Shown here in pieces: positions 53,858-62,356 of a DNA stretch of 64,000 bases. Within the stretch, counting starts at the first letter, position 1; every line of letters starts with the position of its first letter. Source of the stretch: Ostreococcus lucimarinus (lineage: Eukaryota); assembly GCA_000092065.1 (NCBI GenBank), contig CP000581.1, one strand, 5' to 3'. The notes beneath the pieces were generated by a model. That model saw only the letters and a list, made by a program, of their open reading frames with translations. It had not been told where the DNA came from and did not search any database. A program made the translations under genes and the position numbers.

Positions 53858-54832
53858 CTACTCTGGAAACCAGTCGACGCCCGCGTCGAAGGCGCCGTCG
53901 CCTCGCTCCATTTCTTTCGCTATCAACTCTAAGCCTAAAGGATAATTATTCGATAACACTCGCGATATCAACGCCACCTCGTCCCAGTGCGTTTTCAGCG
54001 CCGCCTCCACGCCCTCGGACTCACCGTGCGCCTCGCGAATGCTCTTCGCCCACTCGTCGGCGAGCACGATTTTTCCAAGGTGTTTGCGCAACGCGGGATC
54101 GAGCAACGCCGTCATCTGTGCCTCCGCGGTGACCCCCGGCGGTTTCGCCTTCATCGGCGCACGCATTTCCTTCGCGAAATACCACACCGTAAACATGAAA
54201 CGTTCGCGCATCGCCGGCATCACGCGATGCAATCCAAACTCGGACGAAAAAATCACCACTCGTCCCGCCTTCGGCGCGATCGTCACCCGTCCTCGCGGAA
54301 AAGGGTACAACGCCAGCGCGCCGCCGTCCCTCGCCTCGCACCAGTCTTCGTCCAAGTACGCGCACATCGTCACCCGCCTCGAATCTAAACTCGCGTCGCT
54401 GTCGAAGTGCAGCGGAAAACATCCGCCCGCGCCTTCGTTCACTTGCAGTTTCGTCGACGTTCTATCGAGCGCGCCGCCGCCGAGCGCGCCGAACGCCTCG
54501 TTCAGCGCCTCCATCACCGACGTCTCTTTCGCCAGCTCGTTCACCAACGGCGCGCTCGCCGCGTCTTCCTTCGACAACCGATGCACCTCGCACTCGTACA
54601 CGTGCGGTTTCGCGAGCGCGACGACGCCCTCGCGCGCGAACAGCGACGCGTTCGCGACGAACGCACCGCGTCGCCGCAGCGCGTTGAATTCATCTTTCAG
54701 CGCGCGCGCGCGCGCGACGTCGAAGGCGTCGTCCAAAACGACGTAACCGTGTCGCGCGAGTCGCGCCTTGGCGTCGCCGGCGACGAGCGCGCGCGCGATC
54801 GCGGCGTAGGCGCCGGTGAAGCGCCGCGACAT
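53858..54832 (-). CDS. 2-oxoglutarate/Fe(II)-dependent dioxygenase, prolyl 4-hydroxylase-like.
   Basis: HxD...H iron triad (FPLHFDSD...GLHRV) and the RxS 2OG-binding region (RERFMFTVWY) within a double-stranded beta-helix pattern. Confidence 0.55.
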   Translation of the reverse strand: MSRRFTGAYAAIARALVAGDAKARLARHGYVVLDDAFDVARARALKDEFNALRRRGAFVANASLFAREGVVALAKPHVYECEVHRLSKEDAASAPLVNELAKETSVMEALNEAFGALGGGALDRTSTKLQVNEGAGGCFPLHFDSDASLDSRRVTMCAYLDEDWCEARDGGALALYPFPRGRVTIAPKAGRVVIFSSEFGLHRVMPAMRERFMFTVWYFAKEMRAPMKAKPPGVTAEAQMTALLDPALRKHLGKIVLADEWAKSIREAHGESEGVEAALKTHWDEVALISRVLSNNYPLGLELIAKEMERGDGAFDAGVDWFPE

Positions 54833-54878
54833 GTCGTTCGGGACGAACCGTTAAAAAACGTCGAGACAGCGCGACGCG

Positions 54879-56282
54879 ATGGCGCCCGACGACGTCGAGC
54901 GCGCGGTGCCTCTCGAGGACGACGTCGAGCGGCCGCTTCGCGACGTCGCGAGCGACGGCGACGACGACGACGACGACGCGAGCGAGGACGCGCGCGCGTC
55001 GGCCGGAGACTTGGCGACGATTTTCGCGCTGTGGAACACGATGGTCGGCAGCGCGGTGCTCGCGGTGCCGTGGGCGTTCACGGAGAGCGGATTAGCGCTG
55101 GGCGCGGCGAGCGCGGTCGTTATGACGTGCGCGATGGCGTACACGGCGACGCTGGTGCTGCGGTACGGCGCGCGGGGAGGGCACGACGACTTGGCGGGGA
55201 TGTGCGGCGCGGCGCTGGGACCGCGAGCGAGAGCGGGGTGCAACGCGGCGATGGCGCTGATGATGGCGCAGTGCGTGGTGGTGTTCGACATGATGCTGTC
55301 GACGAGCGTGTACGGCATCGTCAAGGGGTTCGCAGATTTGGCGAAAATGCCGGCGACCGGTGGCGGCGGGACGACGGCGCTGGCGGCGACGCTCGCGTCT
55401 TCGAATTCCACGGGCTGGGCGACGTGCACGAACGCCGCGAAAGACGCCGCGAAGTGTTGGAATCCGTTCACGGCGGTGGGTGTCACCGCCGTTGCGCTGA
55501 TGTGTCTCGGAAGTCTGAAGAATCTCGACGGTTTCGTCGCCGTGAGCGTGCTCGGGCCCTTCTTCATGACGTACTTGATTTTGTTCATCGTATTCAAATC
55601 AGTCGTGGCGTCGGCGCCCGTGGCGCCGATCGCGCCGTACGCGAACTTTTCGACGTTTAAAAAGACGGCGGGGGTGTTGTCGAGCTGTTTATTTTCCCAT
55701 CACGCCGTGATTCCGGTGTGCCGGGCGAACAGTAAGTCGAAAAATAACGGGCGGAATCTTCTCGTCGCGTACGTGTTGGCGCTGATGTCGTACCTGGCGC
55801 CGGCGTTGGCTGGGAATTTCAGCGCTGCGTACGTCGCCGTGCGACGGGGGCCGAACGGTTCGTCTCGGGCGGCAAATTTCTTGCGCGTGTTTCCACCGAG
55901 CGATTACTATACTCTATCCGCGCACGTGGCGGTGACGGTACAGTTCTTGACCATGGTCCCGCTGCTCTTGTACATTCTGCGAACGCAAGTCTTTGGCCTG
56001 CTTCCGCAATTTCCAGCCAAGTACCACGGCGCGGCGTCGTTCGCGGTCAACTTTGCCGCGATCGCTCTCGGCTCCTTCTGCGCGGCGCATCCCGACATCG
56101 ACATCGGTATGATTCTTTCCAAGTGCGGCGCCGTGTTCGGCTTGATTTTCGCCTACGCGGCCCCCGTGCTCGTACACGTATTCGGACGCCGAGGAAATCG
56201 TCACCCTCTGTGGAACCACATCGCGCACGGCACCATTCTCGCCGTCGGCGTCGCCATCGCCCTCGCGCAATTCGTCGATTGA
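54879..56282 (+). CDS. Amino acid transporter of the Aa_trans (AAAP/vacuolar amino-acid transporter-like) family, about 11 predicted TM helices.
   Basis: N-terminal ATIFALWNTMVGSAVLAVPWAF signature, then repeated hydrophobic segments to the C-terminus. The ATG is only 47 bp from the divergent oxygenase ATG. Confidence 0.75.
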   Translation: MAPDDVERAVPLEDDVERPLRDVASDGDDDDDDASEDARASAGDLATIFALWNTMVGSAVLAVPWAFTESGLALGAASAVVMTCAMAYTATLVLRYGARGGHDDLAGMCGAALGPRARAGCNAAMALMMAQCVVVFDMMLSTSVYGIVKGFADLAKMPATGGGGTTALAATLASSNSTGWATCTNAAKDAAKCWNPFTAVGVTAVALMCLGSLKNLDGFVAVSVLGPFFMTYLILFIVFKSVVASAPVAPIAPYANFSTFKKTAGVLSSCLFSHHAVIPVCRANSKSKNNGRNLLVAYVLALMSYLAPALAGNFSAAYVAVRRGPNGSSRAANFLRVFPPSDYYTLSAHVAVTVQFLTMVPLLLYILRTQVFGLLPQFPAKYHGAASFAVNFAAIALGSFCAAHPDIDIGMILSKCGAVFGLIFAYAAPVLVHVFGRRGNRHPLWNHIAHGTILAVGVAIALAQFVD

Positions 56283-56366
56283 ACGACCGTCGCTCGCGCA
56301 GTATGTATTTATTTCTTCTCGCGAGACGACGCGCTGTTGTACCATGTCACCATTCTCGAGCCACCT

Positions 56367-56392
56367 CACAACCTTCACAACCTTCACAACCT
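56367..56392. repeat. (CACAACCTT)x3 tandem 9-mer immediately upstream of the tail-anchored protein gene.
   Basis: ccacctcacaaccttcacaaccttcacaacctcgcg. Confidence 0.5.
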
Positions 56393-56408
56393 CGCGCGTC
56401 TGAACGCG

Positions 56409-56937
56409 ATGTCGTCGTTCACCCTCGCGTCGAGCGCGCCCTCAAAGACGATCGCGCGCGCCCACGCGCGGCGCGGCGCCGCGCGCGGCGCCCGCGTCGT
56501 CGTGCACGCGGCGAAAAAGAAGCAAGATGCCACCGAAGAGGACGAGGCGAAGATCGACTTCAAAGGCTTGAAGCAGCTCATAAGCATGGGCCTCGGCACG
56601 ATCAGCGGGGACATCACGGAAATTAACTTGGACGATCCCACGAGAACGGTCGTGATGGAGCTCGGTGCGTCGCGTCGATCGCCTTCGCCGCGCGCGGCGC
56701 GACGGCTGGATATGTTTTTGGGAGCGCGGCGTTATCCCGGACGACTGACGATGCGTTTGCGCGCGCGACGACGCAGAGGCGAATAATTTTGAAGACAAAG
56801 ATGGCAAACCGTTGAATTTTATCAATAACGATGGGTTCGTCGGCGAGAAAGGGGAGAGTGTTAGCGTTTTGAATTACGCGGTGCCTGTGCTCTTGGGGGC
56901 GGCGTCCATAGCGGGCGTCGTGGCCACGCTTAAAGCG
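56409..56937 (+). CDS. Small tail-anchored protein with a transit-peptide-like N-terminus. Two exons: 56409..56655 and 56768..56937.
   Basis: Exon 1 MSSFTLASSAPSKTIARAHARRGAARGARVVVHAAKKKQD...KIDFKGLKQLISMGLGTISGDITEINLDDPTRTVVMEL, then donor G|GTGCGT. Acceptor ...gacgcag|AG restores the frame into EANNFEDKDGKPLNFINNDGFVGEKGESVSVLNYAVPVLLGAASIAGVVATLKALA*. Unspliced read-through gives only Arg-rich junk. No family recognised. Confidence 0.45.
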
Positions 56938-56987
56938 CTCGCGTAAGTGTTGTATTACCTACTGATGATGTTCGTGTGTGATTGCGA

Positions 56988-57788
56988 TTACAAATCGTCG
57001 TCGCGCACGTCGACGTCGGCATCGTCGCACGCGCCGGCGAAGATGGGGTTACGCACGACGATTTTAGCTCCGTCGCGCGTCGTCCAGTCCGTTTCAAGGC
57101 GTTCTGAATACTCATTCGCGTCGTCGAGTTCGGCGCGATCACGAAGGTAACGACGTCGTAGACGTACGTTTTCGTCGGTGACTACCTTCAGTCGTCGCGC
57201 GAGCGCCTGCGCGTCTTCCATCATTCGGCGTAATCGAGCCGCCGCATGCGTCGCCGCCGCGTCTCTTCGCTTGGCCCATTCTTCGATGAGCCTCGCGCGC
57301 TCGTTCGAAGCCTTCAACTCGCCTCGCGCGTCCTTCACATCCTTTTTCGCGTCTTGCACCATCTCCATCAGCGCCTTTCGCGCTTTCGCTCCGCGTTCGA
57401 GCTCGTACCGCGCCTTACGCTCTGAGTCTAAATTAAGCCTCTGCGCTCGTCCAAGCTCCCTTCGCAACGATTGGCACGCCGCCGTCGCCGCGTTCGCCCG
57501 CTCGCGCTCGCATTTCGCCTCCTTCCCCGCGCACTCTAGCGCGTCTCTCGCCTCCGCGAGCGCCCGCGCCGTCTCCGTCGCGCGTCGCGCGTGATACTCC
57601 ATCCTCGCCACGAGCGCATTCTGTTGTCGGTTCGTCTTCTCCATCTCCATCGCCGCGTCCGCGCCGGCGACGCGCGTCATCGTCACCACCGCCGGCATCG
57701 CCGTCGTCGTTCGCGCGCGTCCGCGCCCTCGCGACGCCGCCGTCGCGCGCGCGCGCGTCGTTATCTCGCGCCAATCGCGCGACTCCAA
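56988..57788 (-). CDS. Coiled-coil protein of unknown function.
   Basis: 266-aa ORF with a heptad pattern (ARALAEARDALECAGKEAKCERERANAATAACQSLRRELGRAQRLNLDSERKARYELERGAKARKALMEMVQDAKKDVKDARGELKASNERARLIEEW...). Confidence 0.35.
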   Translation of the reverse strand: MESRDWREITTRARATAASRGRGRARTTTAMPAVVTMTRVAGADAAMEMEKTNRQQNALVARMEYHARRATETARALAEARDALECAGKEAKCERERANAATAACQSLRRELGRAQRLNLDSERKARYELERGAKARKALMEMVQDAKKDVKDARGELKASNERARLIEEWAKRRDAAATHAAARLRRMMEDAQALARRLKVVTDENVRLRRRYLRDRAELDDANEYSERLETDWTTRDGAKIVVRNPIFAGACDDADVDVRDDDL

Positions 57789-58024
57789 AAGTCACCCGAG
57801 AGAAACCGCGCGGCCGAAAGTCGACACCCGGCACGGCCTGGAGACGCGCGCCGCACGACGCGACGCGGCGCCGCGACGACGGCCGCGACCTCGCGCGACC
57901 GCTCGAGAGGAATCGCGCGCGCGCTCAAATCGCCGTCGACGTCGAATCGCCGTCGACGTCGACGCGCGCGACGGAGGCGCCGCGAAGAGAAACGACGCGA
58001 ACGACGCGTGACGTCGACCGGGAC

Positions 58025-61000
58025 GTGATGGGAAAACACGACACGAAGTCGGACGACGCGACGCCGGATGACGCGGAAGCGCGCGACGTGAAGACGGAGA
58101 TGGTGCCGCTGTCGACGATGTTTCGATTTTACGAGCCGGTGGACATGGCGCTGCTCGCGGCCGGGGCGTTGTTCTCGGCGCTGGGCGGAGCGCTTTTCCC
58201 GGCCGTCAACGTGGCGTTCGGGAACATGCTCGATTCGACGGCGGTGGGGGACGTGGGATCGAAGATTAACAACGCGGTGATCGCGATGGAAATCGTGGCG
58301 GTGTCTCTTGGAGTGAGCTTGACGCTCGGGTACTGGTTCACGTCGTGGGGGGCGGCGCGCGCGGCGAGAAATATGCGAAGCGCGTTCGTGCGAGCGATGT
58401 TGGCGCAGGATATCAACTTTTTTGAAAGCAAAAAGGCCGGGGAAATCGCGACTCTCACGGGGGCAACCGTGAACGACTTTCAAACGGGAATGTCGAAGAA
58501 ATTTGCGGAGCTCATTCAGAGTGGCTTCAGTATGGCTGGTGGCTTTGGCGTCGGATTTTACTTCAATGCCGAATTATCCGGCGTGATTCTCGCCACCGTT
58601 CCTCTTCTCGGTTTCGCGACGTTTTTTCTGATTAAATCGATCCAGGATATGCAGAAAGGGAACGTGGAGTACGAAAGTGCTGCAGCCGTGGCGACGGAGA
58701 CCATCGGAGCCATTCGCGTGACGAACGCGTTGAATTATCAAAACGTCGCGACGAATCGCTTCAAGGCAAATTTAGGCAAGGCGCAGCGACACGGCGCAAA
58801 GCAAATTTGGAAAGCGTCTTTCGCGGGTGGGGGGCTCTTTGCTTCGATGTTCATCATGTATGCCTTAGGTTTGTGGTACGGTGCCAAGCTCATCGCCGAT
58901 AGTAAGGTGGACGCCATCGCGAGCTACCCACCGCCTGCCGGTTTGACCGATGTCACCGACGCGACGTGGGGCGCGCACGCGACGTTCGCGCGTCAAATGT
59001 GTGTTTACACGAATGAACCAACGAAAAACTACACCGGCGAAGCACTATTACAATGTGCGTGCGGATTGGATTACAGTATGGCGCTCCTGACAACATCACC
59101 AAACTGCGGTTGCGGTTATCGACTGTCGACGACGTTCGGAGGCGTTCTTGACTCGGCCGCATCGCCATGCCTGACGGGCGGTACCATTGTGATGGTCTTC
59201 TTTTCAATCTTGTTCGGTGGCTTCGCCCTGGGACAGGCTGGTCCTGCGATCGAGGCTCTAGCGAAAGCAAGGATGGCCGCGTTTAAAATCTACGGCGTCA
59301 TCGATCGCAAACCTGAAAACGGAATAGACACGCGTAAACCTACAGGCGTCGATCCAATCACGCCCATGCGTGGTGAAATAGTCTTCAAAGACGTTGACTT
59401 TGAGTACTCGCCACAGCGACCAGTGTTCAGCGGTCTCAATCTCACCATCGAGGGAGGTGCAGTGGTTGCGCTCGTCGGCGCTTCAGGATGCGGTAAGAGT
59501 ACGATTACGAAGCTCGTCGAACGCTTTTACGACCCGATGAGCGGTACCATCTTTCTTGATGGTGTCGACTTGCGAAATATTCGCATCGATAAATTACGCG
59601 CGAATATTGGCATCGTCTCTCAGGAACCACTTCTCTTTGAGGCATCTATCGCCGACAACATCGCCGCCGGACGCCCTCAAGCGATAGGTGGTTCGAAAGC
59701 TTCTATGGACGAAATCGTCGCTGCCGCCGAAGCAGCGTGCGCGCATGAATTCATCATGTCGTTTCCGAATGGATACAATACCATGGTCGGTGGGAAGAAC
59801 TCCAAACTATCTGGAGGACAAAAGCAACGCATCGCCATCGCCCGCGCCGCGCTGCGCAACCCGGCAATATTGATTCTCGACGAGGCGACTTCAGCGCTCG
59901 ACACCGAAAATGAGATGCTTGTGCAAGACGCTCTCGATGGATTAGTGCACTCTGTCGCTGGTGGGCAACGCACTACCATCGTCATCGCACACAGATTGAC
60001 AACAGTTCGTGACGCCAACAAGATCGTCGTGCTTGGCAGCAAGGATGCCGCCGCTGGGTTGGCGGGTGGTGGTGGTGGTGCACATGGCTCAATTGTTCTC
60101 GAACAGGGCACGCACGACGAGCTCATGGCGCTCGGCTCAAAGGGCATGTACAGAAACCTGGTTGGGTTGACCAAGGATGATGGCTCTAAGCGCGTCAAGC
60201 GATCTGCGTCACTCTCCTCCTTTCAGTCAGTGCGTCGCGAAACGAGCGAATTCGGCGAAGAATTCACAAAGAAAGACGTTCAAGTTACGGCAAATAAGCC
60301 GACCGAGGTGTACAAAGTGAGCGCGGCGCGCGTGTGGAAGTACAGCAAGGAGGACGTTCCTTTGCTCATCACTGGCATGTTCTTCGCCATCGCGAATGGC
60401 TGCGTCATGCCATCCGTCGCCTTCGTCTTCGCCGAGCTGTTGACTGTCTTTTACATGGATGACATTACTTACATGCGAGAAAGATCCGCTGTTCTTTCGG
60501 GTGCGATGGGTGCCGTCGCCGTCGGAGCGTTTTTGGTAATGGGAACGCAAGGGGGTATTTTTGGTAACATCGGCGAGCGTCTCACGACGCGTTTACGCAT
60601 TCACTTATTCAGATCAATCATGCGCCAAGATGTTGCCTTCTTTGACGAGAAGGAGAACACCGTTGGCGCGTTGACGACACTTCTCCAAGCCGACACGACA
60701 AAAGTTCGCACTATGACGGGTCAAAGTTTTGGAAGCGTGATTCAAGCCGCCGCCGCGCTTACGTTTGGTCTCACTGTGAGCCTCACAGCGTCGTGGAAGT
60801 ACGGTCTCGTGCTGCTTGCATGCGTTCCCGTTTTGAGTATCGGTGAAATGCTGAATATGAAAAATCTTGCTGATAGCACGTCGCTGGACGAAACCGTCGC
60901 CGAAGGTTCCGCTCGGGTGTCCGAGACGGTGACGATGATTAAAGACGTACACGCCTTCGGTCTTGAGGATAAAATGGCGGAGAATTACGATGCAGCTATA

Positions 61001-62224
61001 TCGACGACGACGGCGGAAGAGCGACGCAAGGCTTTGCGCACTGGTGGTTCGTTTGGCCTCGCGCAAGCTTTGACGATGGGCTTCTACGGGTTCGCCTTTT
61101 GGTGGGGTGGGCAGTTGATCGGCAAAGGAGAGCTCACTTTCATGGATTTCATGAAGTCGCTTTGGGCGCTGGGCTTCTGCGCTGCAGGCGCGGGGCAAGC
61201 GGCTACTTTTGCCGGCGATAATCGCGATGGCACGGCATCGGCCGGGCGTATTTTCAAGATGATCGATCGCGTGCCGCCGGTGAACGCGCAACCGTTCATT
61301 CAAGTCTCCGGCATTGAGGAGACCGCTCGCCAAGTCCCGACTTCGTCGAGCGACACTGACGAGAAGAAGTTTGGCAAAGTCATCGACAACTTGAAGGGAA
61401 AGATCGAGTTCAAGGGCGTGTTCTTTAGCTACCCAACTCGTGATGCGCCAGTTCTTGGGGGATTGGACCTCCAAGTGAATCCGGGGCAGACTGTGGCGCT
61501 GATCGGGCAATCAGGAAGCGGTAAGTCGACGGCGATTCAACTCCTCGAACGGTTTTATGAAATCGTTCGCGTCAGTCAACGAATCACAGACGACGATAAC
61601 GGTAACGATTTCAAGATTGCGATCGAAGGCGCGGGGTCAGCGGGTAAGATTTACATCGATGGCGTCGATCTCTCTGAGTTAGACTTGATGTGGTTCAGAA
61701 GCAATGTGGGTTTAGTCGAGCAAGAACCGACGCTCTTTTCAGGAAGCGTGCACGATAACATCGCGGCGGGCATGCCCGGCGGCATCGCAACTCGCGACCA
61801 AGTCATCGCTGCGGCGAAAACAGCCAATGCACACGAATTCATCGTTCGCATGCCCGACGGTTACGATTCCGACGTCGGCATCGGTGGTGGCCGTGTCTCT
61901 GGGGGCCAAAAGCAGCGCATCTCCATCGCGCGTGCCATCGTCAACGATCCCCGCATCTTACTCCTCGACGAAGCTACCTCGGCGCTCGATAACGAGTCAG
62001 AACGTCTCGTTCAAGCCGCTCTTGACGGTTTACTCGCCGACGGCAGCAAGCGCTCGACAATCGTCATCGCCCATCGCCTGTCGACGATTCGAAACGCCGA
62101 CAAGATTTTCCTGCTCGAAAATGTCGACAACGCCGGCGGCGTCGTCGCCGAGAGCGGCACTCACGCCGAGCTCATCCGCGCCGGCGGCAAATATAAAGCA
62201 TTGACGTCTGCATACGACCAGTGA
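58025..62224 (+). CDS. ABCB: Full-length ABC transporter, subfamily B (MDR/P-glycoprotein type; TMD-NBD-TMD-NBD).
   Basis: Two NBDs with Walker A GASGCGKST / GQSGSGKST, signatures LSGGQKQRIAIARA / VSGGQKQRISIARA, and Walker B ILILDEATSALD / ILLLDEATSALD, plus two 6-TM domains. A Cys-rich ~90-aa insertion sits in the first extracellular loop, and a ~27-aa insertion in NBD2 between RFYE and IYIDG. Confidence 0.9.
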   Translation: MMGKHDTKSDDATPDDAEARDVKTEMVPLSTMFRFYEPVDMALLAAGALFSALGGALFPAVNVAFGNMLDSTAVGDVGSKINNAVIAMEIVAVSLGVSLTLGYWFTSWGAARAARNMRSAFVRAMLAQDINFFESKKAGEIATLTGATVNDFQTGMSKKFAELIQSGFSMAGGFGVGFYFNAELSGVILATVPLLGFATFFLIKSIQDMQKGNVEYESAAAVATETIGAIRVTNALNYQNVATNRFKANLGKAQRHGAKQIWKASFAGGGLFASMFIMYALGLWYGAKLIADSKVDAIASYPPPAGLTDVTDATWGAHATFARQMCVYTNEPTKNYTGEALLQCACGLDYSMALLTTSPNCGCGYRLSTTFGGVLDSAASPCLTGGTIVMVFFSILFGGFALGQAGPAIEALAKARMAAFKIYGVIDRKPENGIDTRKPTGVDPITPMRGEIVFKDVDFEYSPQRPVFSGLNLTIEGGAVVALVGASGCGKSTITKLVERFYDPMSGTIFLDGVDLRNIRIDKLRANIGIVSQEPLLFEASIADNIAAGRPQAIGGSKASMDEIVAAAEAACAHEFIMSFPNGYNTMVGGKNSKLSGGQKQRIAIARAALRNPAILILDEATSALDTENEMLVQDALDGLVHSVAGGQRTTIVIAHRLTTVRDANKIVVLGSKDAAAGLAGGGGGAHGSIVLEQGTHDELMALGSKGMYRNLVGLTKDDGSKRVKRSASLSSFQSVRRETSEFGEEFTKKDVQVTANKPTEVYKVSAARVWKYSKEDVPLLITGMFFAIANGCVMPSVAFVFAELLTVFYMDDITYMRERSAVLSGAMGAVAVGAFLVMGTQGGIFGNIGERLTTRLRIHLFRSIMRQDVAFFDEKENTVGALTTLLQADTTKVRTMTGQSFGSVIQAAAALTFGLTVSLTASWKYGLVLLACVPVLSIGEMLNMKNLADSTSLDETVAEGSARVSETVTMIKDVHAFGLEDKMAENYDAAISTTTAEERRKALRTGGSFGLAQALTMGFYGFAFWWGGQLIGKGELTFMDFMKSLWALGFCAAGAGQAATFAGDNRDGTASAGRIFKMIDRVPPVNAQPFIQVSGIEETARQVPTSSSDTDEKKFGKVIDNLKGKIEFKGVFFSYPTRDAPVLGGLDLQVNPGQTVALIGQSGSGKSTAIQLLERFYEIVRVSQRITDDDNGNDFKIAIEGAGSAGKIYIDGVDLSELDLMWFRSNVGLVEQEPTLFSGSVHDNIAAGMPGGIATRDQVIAAAKTANAHEFIVRMPDGYDSDVGIGGGRVSGGQKQRISIARAIVNDPRILLLDEATSALDNESERLVQAALDGLLADGSKRSTIVIAHRLSTIRNADKIFLLENVDNAGGVVAESGTHAELIRAGGKYKALTSAYDQ

Positions 62225-62356
62225 TCGTGTCTTGTAAATCACGCACCATTTTTTACTCCAGCTGTGCTTTGATTCGCGCCGCGACTCGGCCCGCGCGTTC
62301 TCAGCTGTCGCTCGAAGTGTCCAAGAATTCAAACTCACGCTTCACATCGCACCGCG

